Assembly (NCBI GenBank): GCA_051530055.1
Contig: CM121342.1
Span: 3,719,489 to 3,783,488, forward strand
Length of the DNA: 64,000 bases
Source: Neoechinorhynchus agilis
Lineage: Eukaryota > Animalia > Acanthocephala
Reading direction: 5' to 3'
Part shown: positions 12,126-25,512 of the stretch, piece by piece
How the letters are laid out: the number at the start of each line of letters is the position of its first letter
Position numbering within the stretch: position 1 is the first letter of the stretch
Notes under the pieces: generated by a model
What the model was told of the DNA's origin: nothing
The model's database searches: none
What the model saw: the letters and a program-made list of their open reading frames with translations, nothing else
Position numbers and translations under genes: made by a program

Positions 12126-13296
12126 TCATAAATAGGATTCTCGATGAGCAGTCCTTCTTTCCTTAATTTCGTTCGCCGTCTGAACAGGAATATTGCCTTG
12201 GAAAAATATTGGAAACACTTCTGAAATATTAATTTCCCGGTCGACATGAACGTGTCTTTGTGCCCTTTCCAAAGATCCAATCATTGATAGCATAGAAAAC
12301 GATATCCTGTAAGCATCGATTAGACAGACATCATCGATCGTTGCAACTTCGATATCTTCTCCAGTTGAATCTTTGATAGCTAATCGTTCGGTTTCCTGCA
12401 TAAGAAGGAAGTTTATCTCCTTTGGTGTTCGACTTCTCATTCTCGGACCAAGCAGAGCAGCGAATGGTGATTTCGACGGTTTCTTCATCGATACCATCGA
12501 CAGAACTTCTAATATCGATTTGTTTCTCGCTTTGTAATCGGACAAGAGACCAGCAATATTCTCACCGACGTATTTCAAAGCCTTAACGGGATCGTGATTC
12601 TCAGTCATCATATCTAACAATTCTTGAATGCAAAGAAAACATTTGACTTGATCGTTCCGTTCCACGAGATTGTCCCATCTCTCATTTATCAACTTTCTGG
12701 CTTCGTCGCATCGTTTTTCCTCTATTAATTTCATTACTTCTCCTCGTTTCTTAACAAAGTCCAGCGCTAAAGTTGGATCTTTGAAATTTAACTGAGGAAA
12801 ATCCGAGTAGGACAAATGCTTGGCTTCTTTAAAGATGGCTTCCAATGGTTCATGAAAACCTCTAACGATCATATAATTAACCGACATAATGTCCGCGGAA
12901 TTATGAGTTCTCCATTTCTCCATTATCATTTTAACATAGTCCTTGTAAAATGACTGTAATTTGCAATGAAAGAGATTCGAATACATTTCGTAAGATTCGG
13001 ATTTTCGATACTCAATGAACTCAATTGCACATCGTCTTATACTCAAGAAGGTGAAAAATAAAAGGTTTGTTTCTTTGTAAACATTTACATGTCCAAATTT
13101 AGTAAGCATTGGTAAATTCCGTCTTAAATATTCGTGATTTCTATCATCGCCCTTCGAAGACAAATCTTTACTTGGTCTTCAATAAATCAGTCACTAAGCC
13201 GTCACCAAGAATATGAAATCGGCACTTGATTGCAAATAAATTGATTATTGATCTTATTTTTTCCGATGCAAGGCAATGACAAGATAAAATTTGCAT
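12126..13296 (-). CDS. GID8-like: GID8/TWA1-like LisH-CTLH-CRA protein, copy 1
   Basis: LisH: IMSVNYMIVRGFHEPLEAIFKEA. CTLH: KRGEVMKLIEEKRCDEARKLINERWDNLVERN. CRA: ALKY..SPFAALLGPRMRSRT.KEIN. The 345-aa exon is 12126-13165; a putative ATG exon 13296-13206 is joined by a 40-nt GTGACT..AAAG intron. Confidence 0.8.
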
Positions 13297-13799
13297 TTAA
13301 ATCGTATAATCGATTAATTCGGATTTGAGATATCTTTGGAATTTAGGTAAGAATGTGTTCTTTTTTCATTTATGTTTTGCATTTTGTTCGAATTTGCATT
13401 TTGAGCGTCCTAAATTTCAAAGCCACGAGCGCCGATTGCACTTTGGGTGCTTCAAAAAATCTACCTCCGATAAAATTAAAATTTAATGATCTACCTCCAA
13501 GAATCGCGTTATGCAGTACGCAATCCAATCTTCCACATTATCTTCAAAGAACTTTCTTGCTGTTTCCAAATCACAATCGAATCCGTTTTCTAGGAAATAA
13601 ATTTGCGGACGCTTAAGCGTCCTTAAAGTCTAAAAGATAAATAGGCCGCGTGGATCTTTCTAAAACGACGAAATATTTCCAGGCGATCTTAATTATATCG
13701 GCCGATGGGCCAACAAAAGTTGTTTGCCCGAGATTCATAACTATCGAGATTATCCGGAAATTCCAACGGCTAATTTGTTGATTCAAGGATCTCATTCAT

Positions 13800-14020
13800 C
13801 GAAGGAGAGAGACGTAGAAGCGACATCGACGTTTCAGGGGAAGAAGTTTTAGTGTAGCGAAGGAAAGATACGTTAGAAGGAAGGATTCCGTTTTCTGGGT
13901 ACAAAGCTTACTAGAAATTTTTCTTCGGAAACAGTAAGTATCGACGAACGGTCGAAGCCCAATGACGATCGATGCTGCTTTTTGGTGGCTCAGAGGGCGT
14001 TTAAAAACAAAAGACAAATT
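13800..14020. repeat. Dispersed ~220-bp module A (nine copies in the window)
   Basis: agagacgtagaagc.acatcgacgtttc...gacgaacggtcgaagcccaatgacgatcgatgct occurs near 5686, 9300, 13800, 19577, 23125, 31690, 42380, 60230 and 62775. Confidence 0.9.
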
Positions 14021-14318
14021 TTTTCATTTGAGCAATGAAATTAAATCCTAGGGATTCGGGCGGAAAACGCGTTTTGTTCATAGGATTTAAAAAGTTTTCG
14101 GAATCAACTTGACAAGTTGAAAAAACGCTTCTTTTGCCGTGATCGTTAACTCGATCCACATTTACAATTTTAAGCAGTGAAGTGAGACGAAGTGGAGTTT
14201 AACAAGGGTCCCAAGAAAGTTTGATAATTTAGTAGAAAACAATCCGAACGAAGAAAACGATGCTGGTAAAAATCGATCAAAAATTATGATACTTCAAGGG
14301 CCACGAATAGATAATAAC

Positions 14319-16010
14319 AGCACGTTTATTGGTAATAAATACAGAATATAAACTATCGATGAAAATACAGAATATTATCCATGTAACTTTGGGTCCTCAG
14401 AAGCATTCCAGTTCAGAGTTATTCAAAAAAGCGTATTCGTTAGGGTGAGAATATCAGGTCGGAGGGATGCCCATTTGGATGAGAATATGTCTGCTCGTTT
14501 AAGAATATCCGGTTGGAAGGTCCGTTCTTGTGGGCGAATTGGTGGTTATTGTTTGGAGGAGCGTTTTTTAAGGTTGGTCTTTCCTCAGGTTCATTTTCGG
14601 GTTATGATATTCGAGAGAAGATTGGGCAGCATGGAAAAAGAGCGTTGGTATAGGGAGGTTCGAGGTTGAGGGCGGATGAAAGAAATTGTGAAGGCGATTT
14701 GATTGTTTTATGAAAATGGCATCAAGGCATTCGGAGAGAGGGGGAAAGTCAGTTTTGCCAATTTTAGATGATCTTTTATGAAACATTTCAAGACGACGGA
14801 TTTGAGATTTGGATGGATTGCAAAAGACGGAATAACCTTAGGTGATGGAGGGTAGAATTAAGCTGAAGCAAAAGTTGTAGAGATCGAGCGAATGGATTCC
14901 TAAATGTCGGAGGCGTTTGAGGAGATAAATTTTAAAGGTATTGTGCTTGAGGGAAACAGTGATGTGCTAGTCCCATTTCAAATTGGGAGACCCAGAATTC
15001 TTAGGGGATTGCTCGTAGGATGTCATTTAGAAGCTCGAGGGAGGATGTTGGGTTGAGGGAGAATGAAGTGATCATTTCGAAGCATTTAGAGAAATTCAGG
15101 TGGAGTTTGTGATTGGTGCAGAAATCTTTTACGTGTGTTATTTCGTTAGAGTTAAAAAAAGGGAGAGGTGGGCTGGTGAATGGGTAATGAGGATGAGATC
15201 ATCGGCATAGAAGAAGAGTTTGGAGTGAGAAGAGACAGGTTTGAGGTCGTTTAGAACAATATTAAAGAGAAGTGGTGACAGCATAGCACCTTGAGGTACG
15301 ACTTTGGTGAAGGATAGGCTGATCGAGGAGGTAGAACGGCAGTGAATGTATTGTTTGCGATTGTAAAGATAAGATTCGAGCCAGCGAATCTTCCACAAGT
15401 TAAGACCAAAATCGGAGAAGGCACGGAGAAGAAGTGAATGGTCCACGGAGTCGAAGGCTTTCGATAAATCCAGTTGAATGAGACGGGTGACATGGGGGGA
15501 TTATTGTCGAGGTTTCGTGGGAGCGTGTCATAAATGATAAGTACGGCGTTGGTTGCAGAAAATTTGGGTCGGAAGCGCCATTGTAAGAGCGATAACTTTT
15601 CGTTGAGAAGTGGAAGAAGGCGAGATTTAAAGCATTTTTCGATGATTTTTTAAATAAGGGGTAGAATGGATATTGGACACAATGATTCTGCTGAAATAGG
15701 ATGTTCTTTTTTGGAACAAGGATGACTTCAGCAGTTTTTAAGCATGAGGGGATTAAGAGGTTCTATGAGTTCGAGGATGATGCAGTGAAAAGCCCAGTTT
15801 GGGATTTCGGATTGACAGGACGAATTTTGAGGTACTTTTTTTGAGATGTGAAACTAACGGGTGTACCGACGGGTTGAAAAAAGTTTCTGGAGTATGCGTG
15901 AAAGATTGTGGTTTCTGGCGTGCAGCAGTGATTGTAATTTGAGCCAGGGCAGAGGTTCTGATTGATGGAGTCTAGAACTTGTTTTAATTCAGTGGAGGTC
16001 AAATTAGGGA
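14319..16010 (-). mobile_element. Degenerate LINE (CR1/L2/jockey-type) RT and 3' end, copy 1
   Basis: QLDLSKAFDSVDH (read in copy 2), PQGAMLSPLLFNI and YADD motifs, with frameshifts. The 3' end carries aataaa and joins gataataac, which continues uninterrupted at 63215. Confidence 0.85.
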
Positions 16011-16055
16011 AGGGATCCGGCTGTCGTAGACCAAGAGAGTCGGCCCGCCACCATG

Positions 16056-16749
16056 TTCAGTTGCCACCTGAACGAATTTTAGAGGAAAGGAAGTTTTTGC
16101 GGGGGATAATTATTTTGTTAATTAGAGCTTTGACCTGATACTGAGGGCGACCAGCATTTGTGTGAACGTTATCTTTTTCGTATGATCGACGTTGAGCGCT
16201 GACTGTATATCCATTGGCCCCTACTTTTGTCAACCGAAGGATTCGTAAAAGTTTCTTGAGCCGTCAAGGACTCTCTTGGCCCATGCAACTCTGATCCTTT
16301 CCCAAAATTGACCTCTTAGCGTACTTTATGGTTCTACTTCTTATTCTTAACTAAAAGTTTTTCTCTTAAACAACTCTCCAGCGCGATCCTGTAGGTATTT
16401 AAAGCAAATCACTCAATGGTGCTCAAGTCACTTTCACAAATCCTTCGGTTGACAAAAGTAGGGGCCAATGGATATACAGTCAGCGCTCAACGTCGATCAT
16501 ACGAAAAAGATAACGTTCACACAAATGCTGGTCGCCCTCAGTATCAGGTCAAAGCTCTAATTAGCAAAATAATTATCCCCCGTAAAAACTTCCTTTCCTC
16601 TAAAATTCGTTCAGGTGGCAAACGCTAAGAGGTCAATTTTGGGAAAGGATCAGAGTTGCATAAGCCAAGAGATGCTCAGTTGCCACCTGAACGAATTTTA
16701 GAGGAATAGAAGTTTTTGCGGGCGATAAGTATTTTGCTAATTAGAGCTA
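16056..16749. repeat. Inverted and direct repeat rearrangement
   Basis: 16061-16241 is inverted at 16441-16621, 16273-16321 is inverted at 16623-16671, and 16058-16130 is directly repeated at 16677-16749. Confidence 0.9.
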
Positions 16750-17500
16750 TTTACAAAAGGGGAAAGTCTGGAGAGTTATTGCGGAGCTTTTGATGAAGTT
16801 TCAAAATGGGGGAGTTATTCATGGTTGGTCCCGGTTCGAGATTAATGAATTTCTTGGGAATTGCCGAGGTTAGAGAATTTTTCGTGATTGAGGTTAGGGA
16901 GGACATGGCCAAGGAATTTGTCTTTTGTGTTGCTGGAGTGGAATATGTGAATATTAGAGTTGAACAATTTTATAAAATTTTGGATGTGATGATCACGTTT
17001 ATAACTGGCGGGGTAAACGGGGAAATTTAAAACGCTGAGATGGGGTCGAGGGATTAATAAGGGCAGAAGAGTAGTCAGAGTTCGGAGGGGATTTAGAAGC
17101 GGATGAGTGGACGTCGATATTTTTTGAACACTTTGTCGAGATGAGCGTCAAGAAACTGGGACGGGCCTTTTGCACGGTACTATCCAGAGTCCGCTGTTCT
17201 TCAAAGTTCATGTAGACGTCAGCCGTACTTGGATCCAAAGGTGATCCCATAGAGACTCCCTCGGTTTGAAGATAATACTGATCCTTCAACAATAAAGGTG
17301 TCCTGATGTACGCACCATTAGCAATCGATTGAGTGTCTCTCGGTCTATACTGGTAGCGTCCACTTCCGGGTGATTATACACTCGATCAAGTATTAGGGTG
17401 ATGGTTTCCTGAACTAAGACGTTGGTGAACAAAGATTCCGCATCCAGAGACACTACTCAACTCTCTCTTTCCGTTCGGACGTCGCTCAATTTGAGCAATA
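16750..17500 (-). mobile_element. Degenerate Penelope-like element RT fragment
   Basis: SLDAESLFTNVLVQETI (~17460-17410), YYLQTEGVSMGSPLDPSTADVYM, and HIQNFIKLFNSNIH resemble successive PLE RT motifs. Confidence 0.75.
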
Positions 17501-17931
17501 AGTCATCTGCTGACCGCAAGCTATAATTCTGGGTTTAGATACCTTGTGATGACACTATTTAGATATTTTGCGATATCATGGGTGATTGTACCACAAAGAC
17601 TGACTACTGGTCTCAATTTTGGCCGATCCATATTCTCGTGGATTTAACGATATAAGCATCGGACTTGCTTTCGTTTTGTCGATCCACTGTCTTCACATAG
17701 ATGTCCAGTATTCTCTGCAGGACTCTGCGGTCCTTCATTTTGTTCAATGGGTGATCTGCTTCATAGTAAAATGGAATTAATGTTACCCCGAAGATGGTTT
17801 TGGTTAAAATCCGAAATATTGGAGCATTAAAAGATTTAGCAGTGTGCATATTCTATTCAAGAATAGTGCTGAGAAAAATTACTGAGAAGGGTAAAGATAT
17901 ATCTAAAATAGGATTCTCGATGAGCAGTCCT

Positions 17932-19067
17932 TCATTCCTTAATTTCGTTCGCCGTCCAAACAGGAATATTGCCTTGGAAAAATATTGGCAACACTTCATA
18001 AATATTAATTTCCCGGTCGACATGAACGTGTCTTTGTGCAATTTCCAAAGATCCAATCATTGATAGCATAGAAAACGATATCCTGTAAGCATCGATTAGA
18101 CAGACATCATCGATCGTTGCAACCTCGATATCTTCTCCAGTTGAATCTTTGATAGCTAATCGTTCGGTTTCCTGCATAAGAAGGAAGTTTATCTCCTTTG
18201 GTGTTCGACTTCTCATTCTCGGACCAAGCAGAGCAGCGAATGGTGATTTCGACGGTTTCTTCATCGATAACATCGACAGAACTTCTAATATCGATTTGTT
18301 TCTCGCTTCGTAATTGGACAAGAGACCAGCAATATTCTCACCGACGTATTTCAAAGCCTTAACGGGATATTCTTGAATGCAAAGAAAACATTTGACTTGA
18401 TCGTTCCGTTCCACGAGATTGTCCCATCTCTCATTTATCAACTTTCTGGCTTCGTCGCATCGTTTTTCCTCTATTAATTTCATTACTTCTCCTCGTTTCT
18501 TAACAAAGTCCAGCGCTAAAGTTGGATCTTTGAAATTTAACTGAGGAAAATCCGAGTAGGACAAATGCTTGGCTTCTTTAAAGATGGCTTCCAATGGTTC
18601 ATGAAAACCTCTAACGATCATATAATTAACCGACATAATGTCCGCGGAATTATGAGTTCTCCAGTCCTCCATTTCTCCATTATCATTTTAACGTAGTCCT
18701 TGTAAAATGACTGCAATTTGCAATGAAAGAGATTCGAATACATTTCGTAAGATTCGGATTTCCCAAAATCAATGAACTCAATTTCACTTCGTCTTATACT
18801 CAAGAAGGTGAAAAATAAAAGGTTGGTTTCTTTGTAAACATTTACATGTCCAAATTTAGTAAGCATTGGTAAATTCCGTCTTAAATATTCGTGATTTCGA
18901 TCATCGCCCTCCAAAGACAAATCTTTACTTGGTCTTCAATAAATCAATCACTAAGCCTTTTTGATCTAACAGTCACCAAGAATATGAAATCGGCACTTGA
19001 TTCCAAATAAATTGATTGTTGATCTTATTTTTTCCGATGCAAGGCAATGACAAGATGAAGTTTGCAT
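17932..19067 (-). pseudogene. GID8-like: GID8-like copy 2, disrupted
   Basis: A short insertion near 18665 breaks the frame. QELLDMMTENHDPVK is reduced to QEYPVK, there is an early TGA after NEIKE, and the 3' flank differs. Confidence 0.8.
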
Positions 19068-21029
19068 TTAAATCGTATAATCGATTAATTCGGATTATAG
19101 ATATCTTTGGAATTTAGATCAGAATGCGTTCTTTTTTAATTTATGTTTTGCATTTTGTTCGAATTTGCATTTTGAGCGTCCTAAATTTCGAAGCAACGAG
19201 CGCCGATTGTACTTTGGGTGCTTCAAAAAATCTACCTCCGATAAAATTAAAATTTAATGATCTACCTCCAAGAATCGCGTTATGCAGTACGCAATCCAAT
19301 CTTCCACATTTTCTTCAAAGAACTTTCTTGCTGTTTCCAAATCACAATCGAATCCGTTTTCTAGGAAATAAATTGGCGGACGCTTAAGTGCCCTTAAAGT
19401 CTAAAAGATAAATAGGCCGCGTGGATCTTTCTAAAACGACGAAATATTCCCAGGCGATCTTAATTATACCGGCCGATGGGCCAACAAAAGTTGTTTGCCC
19501 GAGATTCATAACTATCGAGATTATCCGGAAATTCCAACGGCTAATTTATTGATTCAAGGAACTCATTCATCGAAGGAGAGAGACGAAGAAGCGACATCGA
19601 CGTTTCAGAATAAGAAGTTTTTGTTCAGGGAATGAAAGAGACGTTAAAAGGAAGGAACCCGTTTTCTGGGTACAAAGCTTTCTCGAACTTTCCTCCGAAA
19701 ACAGTAAGTATCGACGAACGGTCGAAGCCCAATGACGATCGATGCTGCTTTTTGGTGGCTCAGAGGGCGTTTAAAATAAAAGATAAAATACAGAAAAAAG
19801 AGATTTTGGAGTGAATGGTGCTCGGATTTTGCGAGACTCGGCGAGTGTTAATTTTTAAAAGAACGAAGATAATTGTTAAAAAAATACGACTAACATCATT
19901 TCTAAATACCGTGCAGCGGGGGAACACCACGAGCATCCGTATGGCGGCCGTAGCGGATTTTCAGGAACCAAGGGAAAAAATATAAAATTTACTTAATTTT
20001 AATAAATTTAAGTTTTGGGAAAAATCAATATCTCATAAATCCTTTTCTTTAACAAATTTACCATTATTAACTGAACGAGGGCAAGAGGAGAAAATATGCA
20101 AAAAATTTATTAATTCTAAATCAAAAGAAGATTATTGATGAACCTTTCAATATGTAAAGCCCCATTATAAAAAATTATGACAAAAATTTAAAAGCTCGTA
20201 AAATAAATAAAAGGATTAGAATTCACCGAGATATGTTGATTTGTTAAAAAAATTAAAAAAGATAATTTTTAAACACGAATCACATGGGTCAAACGACAAT
20301 TCGAAATTTACATTGACACGTTTACATCAGGAAATCCCAAAATTATACAAAAAAAAGCGCACTTCGAAAAAATGCGAAAATAAGTTGGTATATAAAAAAA
20401 ATTGACCACTTGACGTAAGATGTTAAAATGGTAATGCCATGTATTAAGAAAAATAGTTTTTATTGGTTTCGTGGATATTTATATACTGCCACAATTTCAT
20501 TCATAATTTTGCAGCATTTTGCAAAATCAAATGGATTAGAGTACTTCAACAACGGCATTTTATATGCTTACCAGAATAGAGTTCAATTGAATTTATAGCA
20601 AATAAAGTCATTCTACTTTTACGCTACATTGTCCAAACAATAAAAACAAAGATTAATTAGGTTTCTCTTTAAAAATCTCGGTATAAATTCGTTATGGGTT
20701 TCGATTTTAACGACTGAATTAATAAAAACAATTGGAAAAAACGCAAATATTTTTTGTCATTGGCAATGATCAAAGAACGAACGTTATTCGCCGATTCGAT
20801 TGATGGATAATTAGTGCACCCTTATAGAAAATAAATGACTTGACTGTTAATCTGCAATCAAAACGTGCCGACTGTTTTAGCGAATCAGCTTATTGTTGGA
20901 AAAGGCAACAGAACACTAAATTGTTGTATTTGAAGCATTATCTTTGGTTGCACCTAACATCGTTTTTTTACATACTGCAATATCAAACTAAAACCAAACA
21001 AGGCAAAATGGGGACTTTAAAAGATTTTT

Positions 21030-22300
21030 TGAACGTTTGGACCGTCGCAAACAAGAATCTGCCAAAGATGAAGAGTTTAAAATGCTGCTGTCGCCACAAA
21101 GTGGTGGAACATTTCACGAATTATGGAACGAACCAACGGAGCAAAAAAGATTTCAATATGCACAAGATGATAATTAAAATTTGTTCATCTGTGGCGATTC
21201 AGAAACTCATACTTTTCAAAATGGTACTGGAGAAGCATTTAAAGAGGACTTTGATGAATATTTAATTCCTGAACATTGTCCTTCATCTGAACAAAAACCT
21301 CCATGGATGTTATAAAAAGATTATTCAATCGAGAAACTGCAAGAAGACGATTTGGATGAACATGTAGATCAAGACCAGTATATTGAAAGTGAACCTTCGG
21401 ATTCAATAGTCGATGCTCCTCAATCAGAAGAAGAAAAAAACCGTCGATATTGGAGGTAGAACCTTTTAACTTAAGGAAATGCTCGGAAAAACCTTAATGA
21501 ACAATGTCGATAAACTCGACTGGAGAAAACGACGAATTATAGTTAATGAAATCAACGATAATCTGGCCTTTAGAATCAAAGAAGATAAAAGCGACAGTAA
21601 CAAATTGATCATAAATTACAATGTAATCGAAGTTTGAAATCCACGTTCAATTAACAGAATAAGAGACCTTGTCGAATCCGTATTTCCTGCGAAAACCCGT
21701 AAGTGCCGTCTTTTGCAATCAACTACAAGAATCCTACAAATACGAAAATGGAAATCCTCCAAAGTTTAAATATTGTGGTTTCCTCTCGTGTGTAATTTAC
21801 TCACAGAAAGATGAATTATGGCACCGCGCTATTATTGGCGCCGTCATTCCACATTCAGATACAGTGCCGGCATTTTTAGTGAACGAAGGTCGTACTGAAA
21901 TCGTCCCACTGTCAAGTATTCAACCGCTAAAAAATGAATTCTGTCAAATTCCAAGATTCGCATCAAAGGGCAATCATCCGGGTATCAAACCGGTTCCAAA
22001 TGAAAATAAAGAAGAGAAATGGTCCATAGATGTAGTGTACAATTTTCAATTAGAAGCAAACAACAGAACGCTTCTTGGCTCATTTTTAAAGGTTAATGAA
22101 ATGGAAGGTTGTTTTGAAGTAACCTTAAAAGACTTAGAGATTCAAGAATATGTTGGTAACAATCTCCTTAAATCGAATCTCATGAAAGCAACCAATGAGT
22201 AACTTTCATGTTTTATTCCACCGGAGCTTCAAATGGACATAAGGAAGGAACCGTCTTGCGGAACAATAATACAAAGAAATGATTTCATGCGGCGATAATG
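21030..22300 (+). pseudogene. Extended Tudor-domain gene remnant, copy 2
   Basis: Near-identical to 7140-8410, with one extra CAA>TAA stop at 22200-22202. Confidence 0.65.
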
Positions 22301-23611
22301 AGCAGGACATCTGAGTTTTCCCTTCCATTTCCGATCAATACTACGATTATGTTGTTCGGCGTGAAATGATCGATGAGTTGCGATCCCTGCACCGAATGTA
22401 TTAAATCCTACGTAAGGCAAACAAATAATTTGGCAAAAATAACCAAAGAACACAAATATTCGCTCTGAGGAGAGGTATCATTGCCAGTTCCCCGTGACTC
22501 GGAGGCCAAATTTATTCGCTAGCTTGAAACAGTGGACTAGGGAATAAGGCGAACTTCAAACTGAATTTAAGAGCCGTGTAGATTCTGGACTTTAATAAAG
22601 GCACAAGATTGTGCCGGCGCCATAAATAAGCATTAAATTTTACATTGAACGCTTTGTATTTGTCAATAATTGAGATATTTTTTACACTTGCGGTTAAGCT
22701 TAGTTATTATCGCTTTCATGATCTGTTCGTCGATCATTCATTTCTCAAGCCAAGTTATATAAATTGTAAAGTGAGAAAACCAAGAATGGTTCTTTATCAA
22801 AATCAAATGCATGAAAAGTTACAATTGCCTCAGTAAGCGAAAAGGAGAGCTCGAAGAATAAACACGATTGCCGATTCGTTAAGTATCGACAATCAGAGTA
22901 AAGAATATTTTATTATCAACTCCAATATTGCACATTTAATTCAAAGAATTTTTTTCTCGACAATAAATTGGCCGACGCTTAAGCGTCCCTAAATTCAAAA
23001 ACATAAAAAGGCCGCGTGGATCTTTCTGAAACAACGAAATGTTTCTTGGTGAACTGAATTGTATCGACCGATGGGTCAATAAAAGTTTTTTGGCGAGGTT
23101 CAAATTTAGGAGATTATTCGGCTTCATCGAAGGAGAGAGACGTAGAAGCCACATCGACGTTTCAGGAGAAGAAGTTTTAGTGTAGCGAAGGAAAGAGACG
23201 TTAAAAGGAAGGAACCCGTTTTCGGAGTACAAAGCTTTCTCGAATTTTTCTTCGAAAACAGTAAGTATCGACGAACGGTCGAAGCCCAATGACGATCGAT
23301 GCTGCTTTTTGGTGGCTTAGAGGGCGTTTGAAAATAAAAGATAAAATGCAGAGCTCTTTTCTTTGCGAGACTCGACGAGCGTTAATTTTTAAATATAACG
23401 AAGATAATTGTTAAAAAAATACATTTATAACGTCGTAAACACTTGTAAACAAAAAATTACAAGCAAGGCGAGCTGCAGCTTTAGGAGCCGTTGAAGTGAC
23501 GAAAAAGGAAGCGAAAAAGAAACCTCGAACTTGAATATTAAAAACTTACAAGCAAAAACAATTATTTCCTTATGAAAGCAGATAATTTCGTTTTATTGGG
23601 CGTATGATTTG

Positions 23612-25510
23612 CTATTCGGACCACTCAAATACCGAGGAAACGCCCAACGCTAAAGGGAAACCAGGCCTAAATTTTGTTCATCAAATCACTACTTTGAGAC
23701 AAGCAATTTCATTTGCACGGCAAAAACACGATCCTTATCCGATGCCACGACCTGTTGACGCTGCAATGATACAATTTGACGCAACAAGCCACGACAGCCC
23801 AATTACGTATTCGGACCACTCAAATACCGAGGAAACACATAACGCTAAAGGGAAACCAGGCCTAAATTCTGTTCATCAAATCACTACTTTGAGACAAGCA
23901 ATTTCATTTGCACGGCAAACACACGATCCTTATCCGATGCTACGACCTGGCTGACGCTGCGATGATACAATCGGCGCAAATAACAAGCCACGACAGCTCA
24001 ACTACGTATTCGGACCACTCAAATACCGAGGAAACACCCAACGCTAAAGGGAAACCAGACCTAAATTCTGTTCATCAAATCACTACTTTGAGACAAGCAA
24101 TTTCATTTGCACGGCAAGCACACGATCCTTATCCGATGCCACGACCTGTTGACGCTGCAATGATACAATTTGACGCAACAAGCCACGACAGCCCAATTAC
24201 GTATTCGGACCACTCAAATACCGAGGAAACACCCAACGCTAAAGGGAAACCAGGCCTAAATTCTGTTCATCAAATCACTACTTTGAGACAAGCAATTTCA
24301 TTTGCACGGCAAACAAACGATCCTTATCCGATGCCACGACCAGTTGACGCTGCAATGATACAATTTGACGCAACAAGCCACGACAGCCCAACTACGTATT
24401 CGGACCACTCAAATCCCGAGGAAGCACCCAACGCTAAAGGGAAACCAGGCCTAAATTCTGTTCATCAAATCACTACTTTGAGACAAGCAATTTCATTTGC
24501 ACGGCAAACACACGATCCTTATCCGATGCCACGACCTGTTGACGCTGCAATGATACAATTTGACGCAACAAGCCACGACAGCCCAATTACGTATTCGGAC
24601 CACTCAAATACCGAGGAAACACCCAACGCTAAAGGGAAACCAGGCCTAAATTCTGTTCATCAAATCACTACTTTGAGACAAGCAATTTCATTTGCACGGC
24701 AAACACACGATCCTTATCCGATGCCACGACCTGCTGACGCTGCAATGATACAATTTGACGCAACAAGCCACGACAGCCCAATTACGTATTCGGACCACTC
24801 AAATACCGAGGAAACACCCAACGCTAAAGGGAAACCAGGCCTAAATTCTGTTCATCAAATCACTACTTTGAGACAAGCAATTGCATTTGCACGGCAAACA
24901 CACGATCCTTATCCGATGCCACGACCCGTTGACGCTGCAATGATACAATATGACGCAACAAGCCACGACAGCCCAATTACGTATTCGGACCACTCAGATA
25001 ACGAGGAACGCCCAACGCTAAAGATACCGCCTAAATTCTGTTCATCAAATCATTACTTTGAGACAAGCAATTTTATTTGCACGGCAAACACGCGATCCCT
25101 ATCCGATGCCACGACCTGTTGACGCTGCAATGATACAATTTGACGCAACAAGCCACGACAGCCCAACTACGTATTCGGACCACTCAAATACCGAGGAAAC
25201 GCCCAACGCTAAAGGGAAACCAGGCCTAAATTCTGTTCATCAAATCACTACTTGGAGACAAGCAATTTCATTTGTACGTCAAACACACGATCCTTATCCG
25301 ATGCCACGACCTGTTGACGCTGCAATGATACAATTTGACGCAACACAATTTGACGCAACAAGCCCCGACAGCCCAACTACGTATTCGGACCACTCGAATA
25401 CCGAGGAAACGCCCAACGCTAAAGGGAAACCAGACCTAAATTCTTTTCATCAAATCACTACTTTGAGACAAGCAATTTCATTTGATCGGCAAACACACGA
25501 TCCTTATCCT
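23612..25510 (+). repeat. 195-bp tandem array 2 (~9.7 units)
   Basis: Same unit and same left junction (gggcgtatgatttgc|tattcggacc) as array 1. Gives a 404-aa repeat ORF at 23908-25122. Confidence 0.95.
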
Positions 25511-25512
25511 CT

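Larger units (their letters stand above)
5686..15699. repeat. Segmental duplication block, copy 1 (~10 kb)
   Basis: Same module order as 19577-33619: module A, Tudor remnant, module A, 195-bp array, CRE fragment, GID8-like gene, module A, LINE remnant. Identical or near-identical ORFs recur (6951 vs 20840, 7781 vs 21669, 8815 vs 22645, 12126 vs 30000). Confidence 0.9.

Noticed and set aside
12126-13296. GID8-like copies as individually retrotransposed processed genes
   Set aside because: Copies share long flanks on both sides and a probable 5' intron, and show no poly(A) or TSD. This indicates DNA-level duplication.
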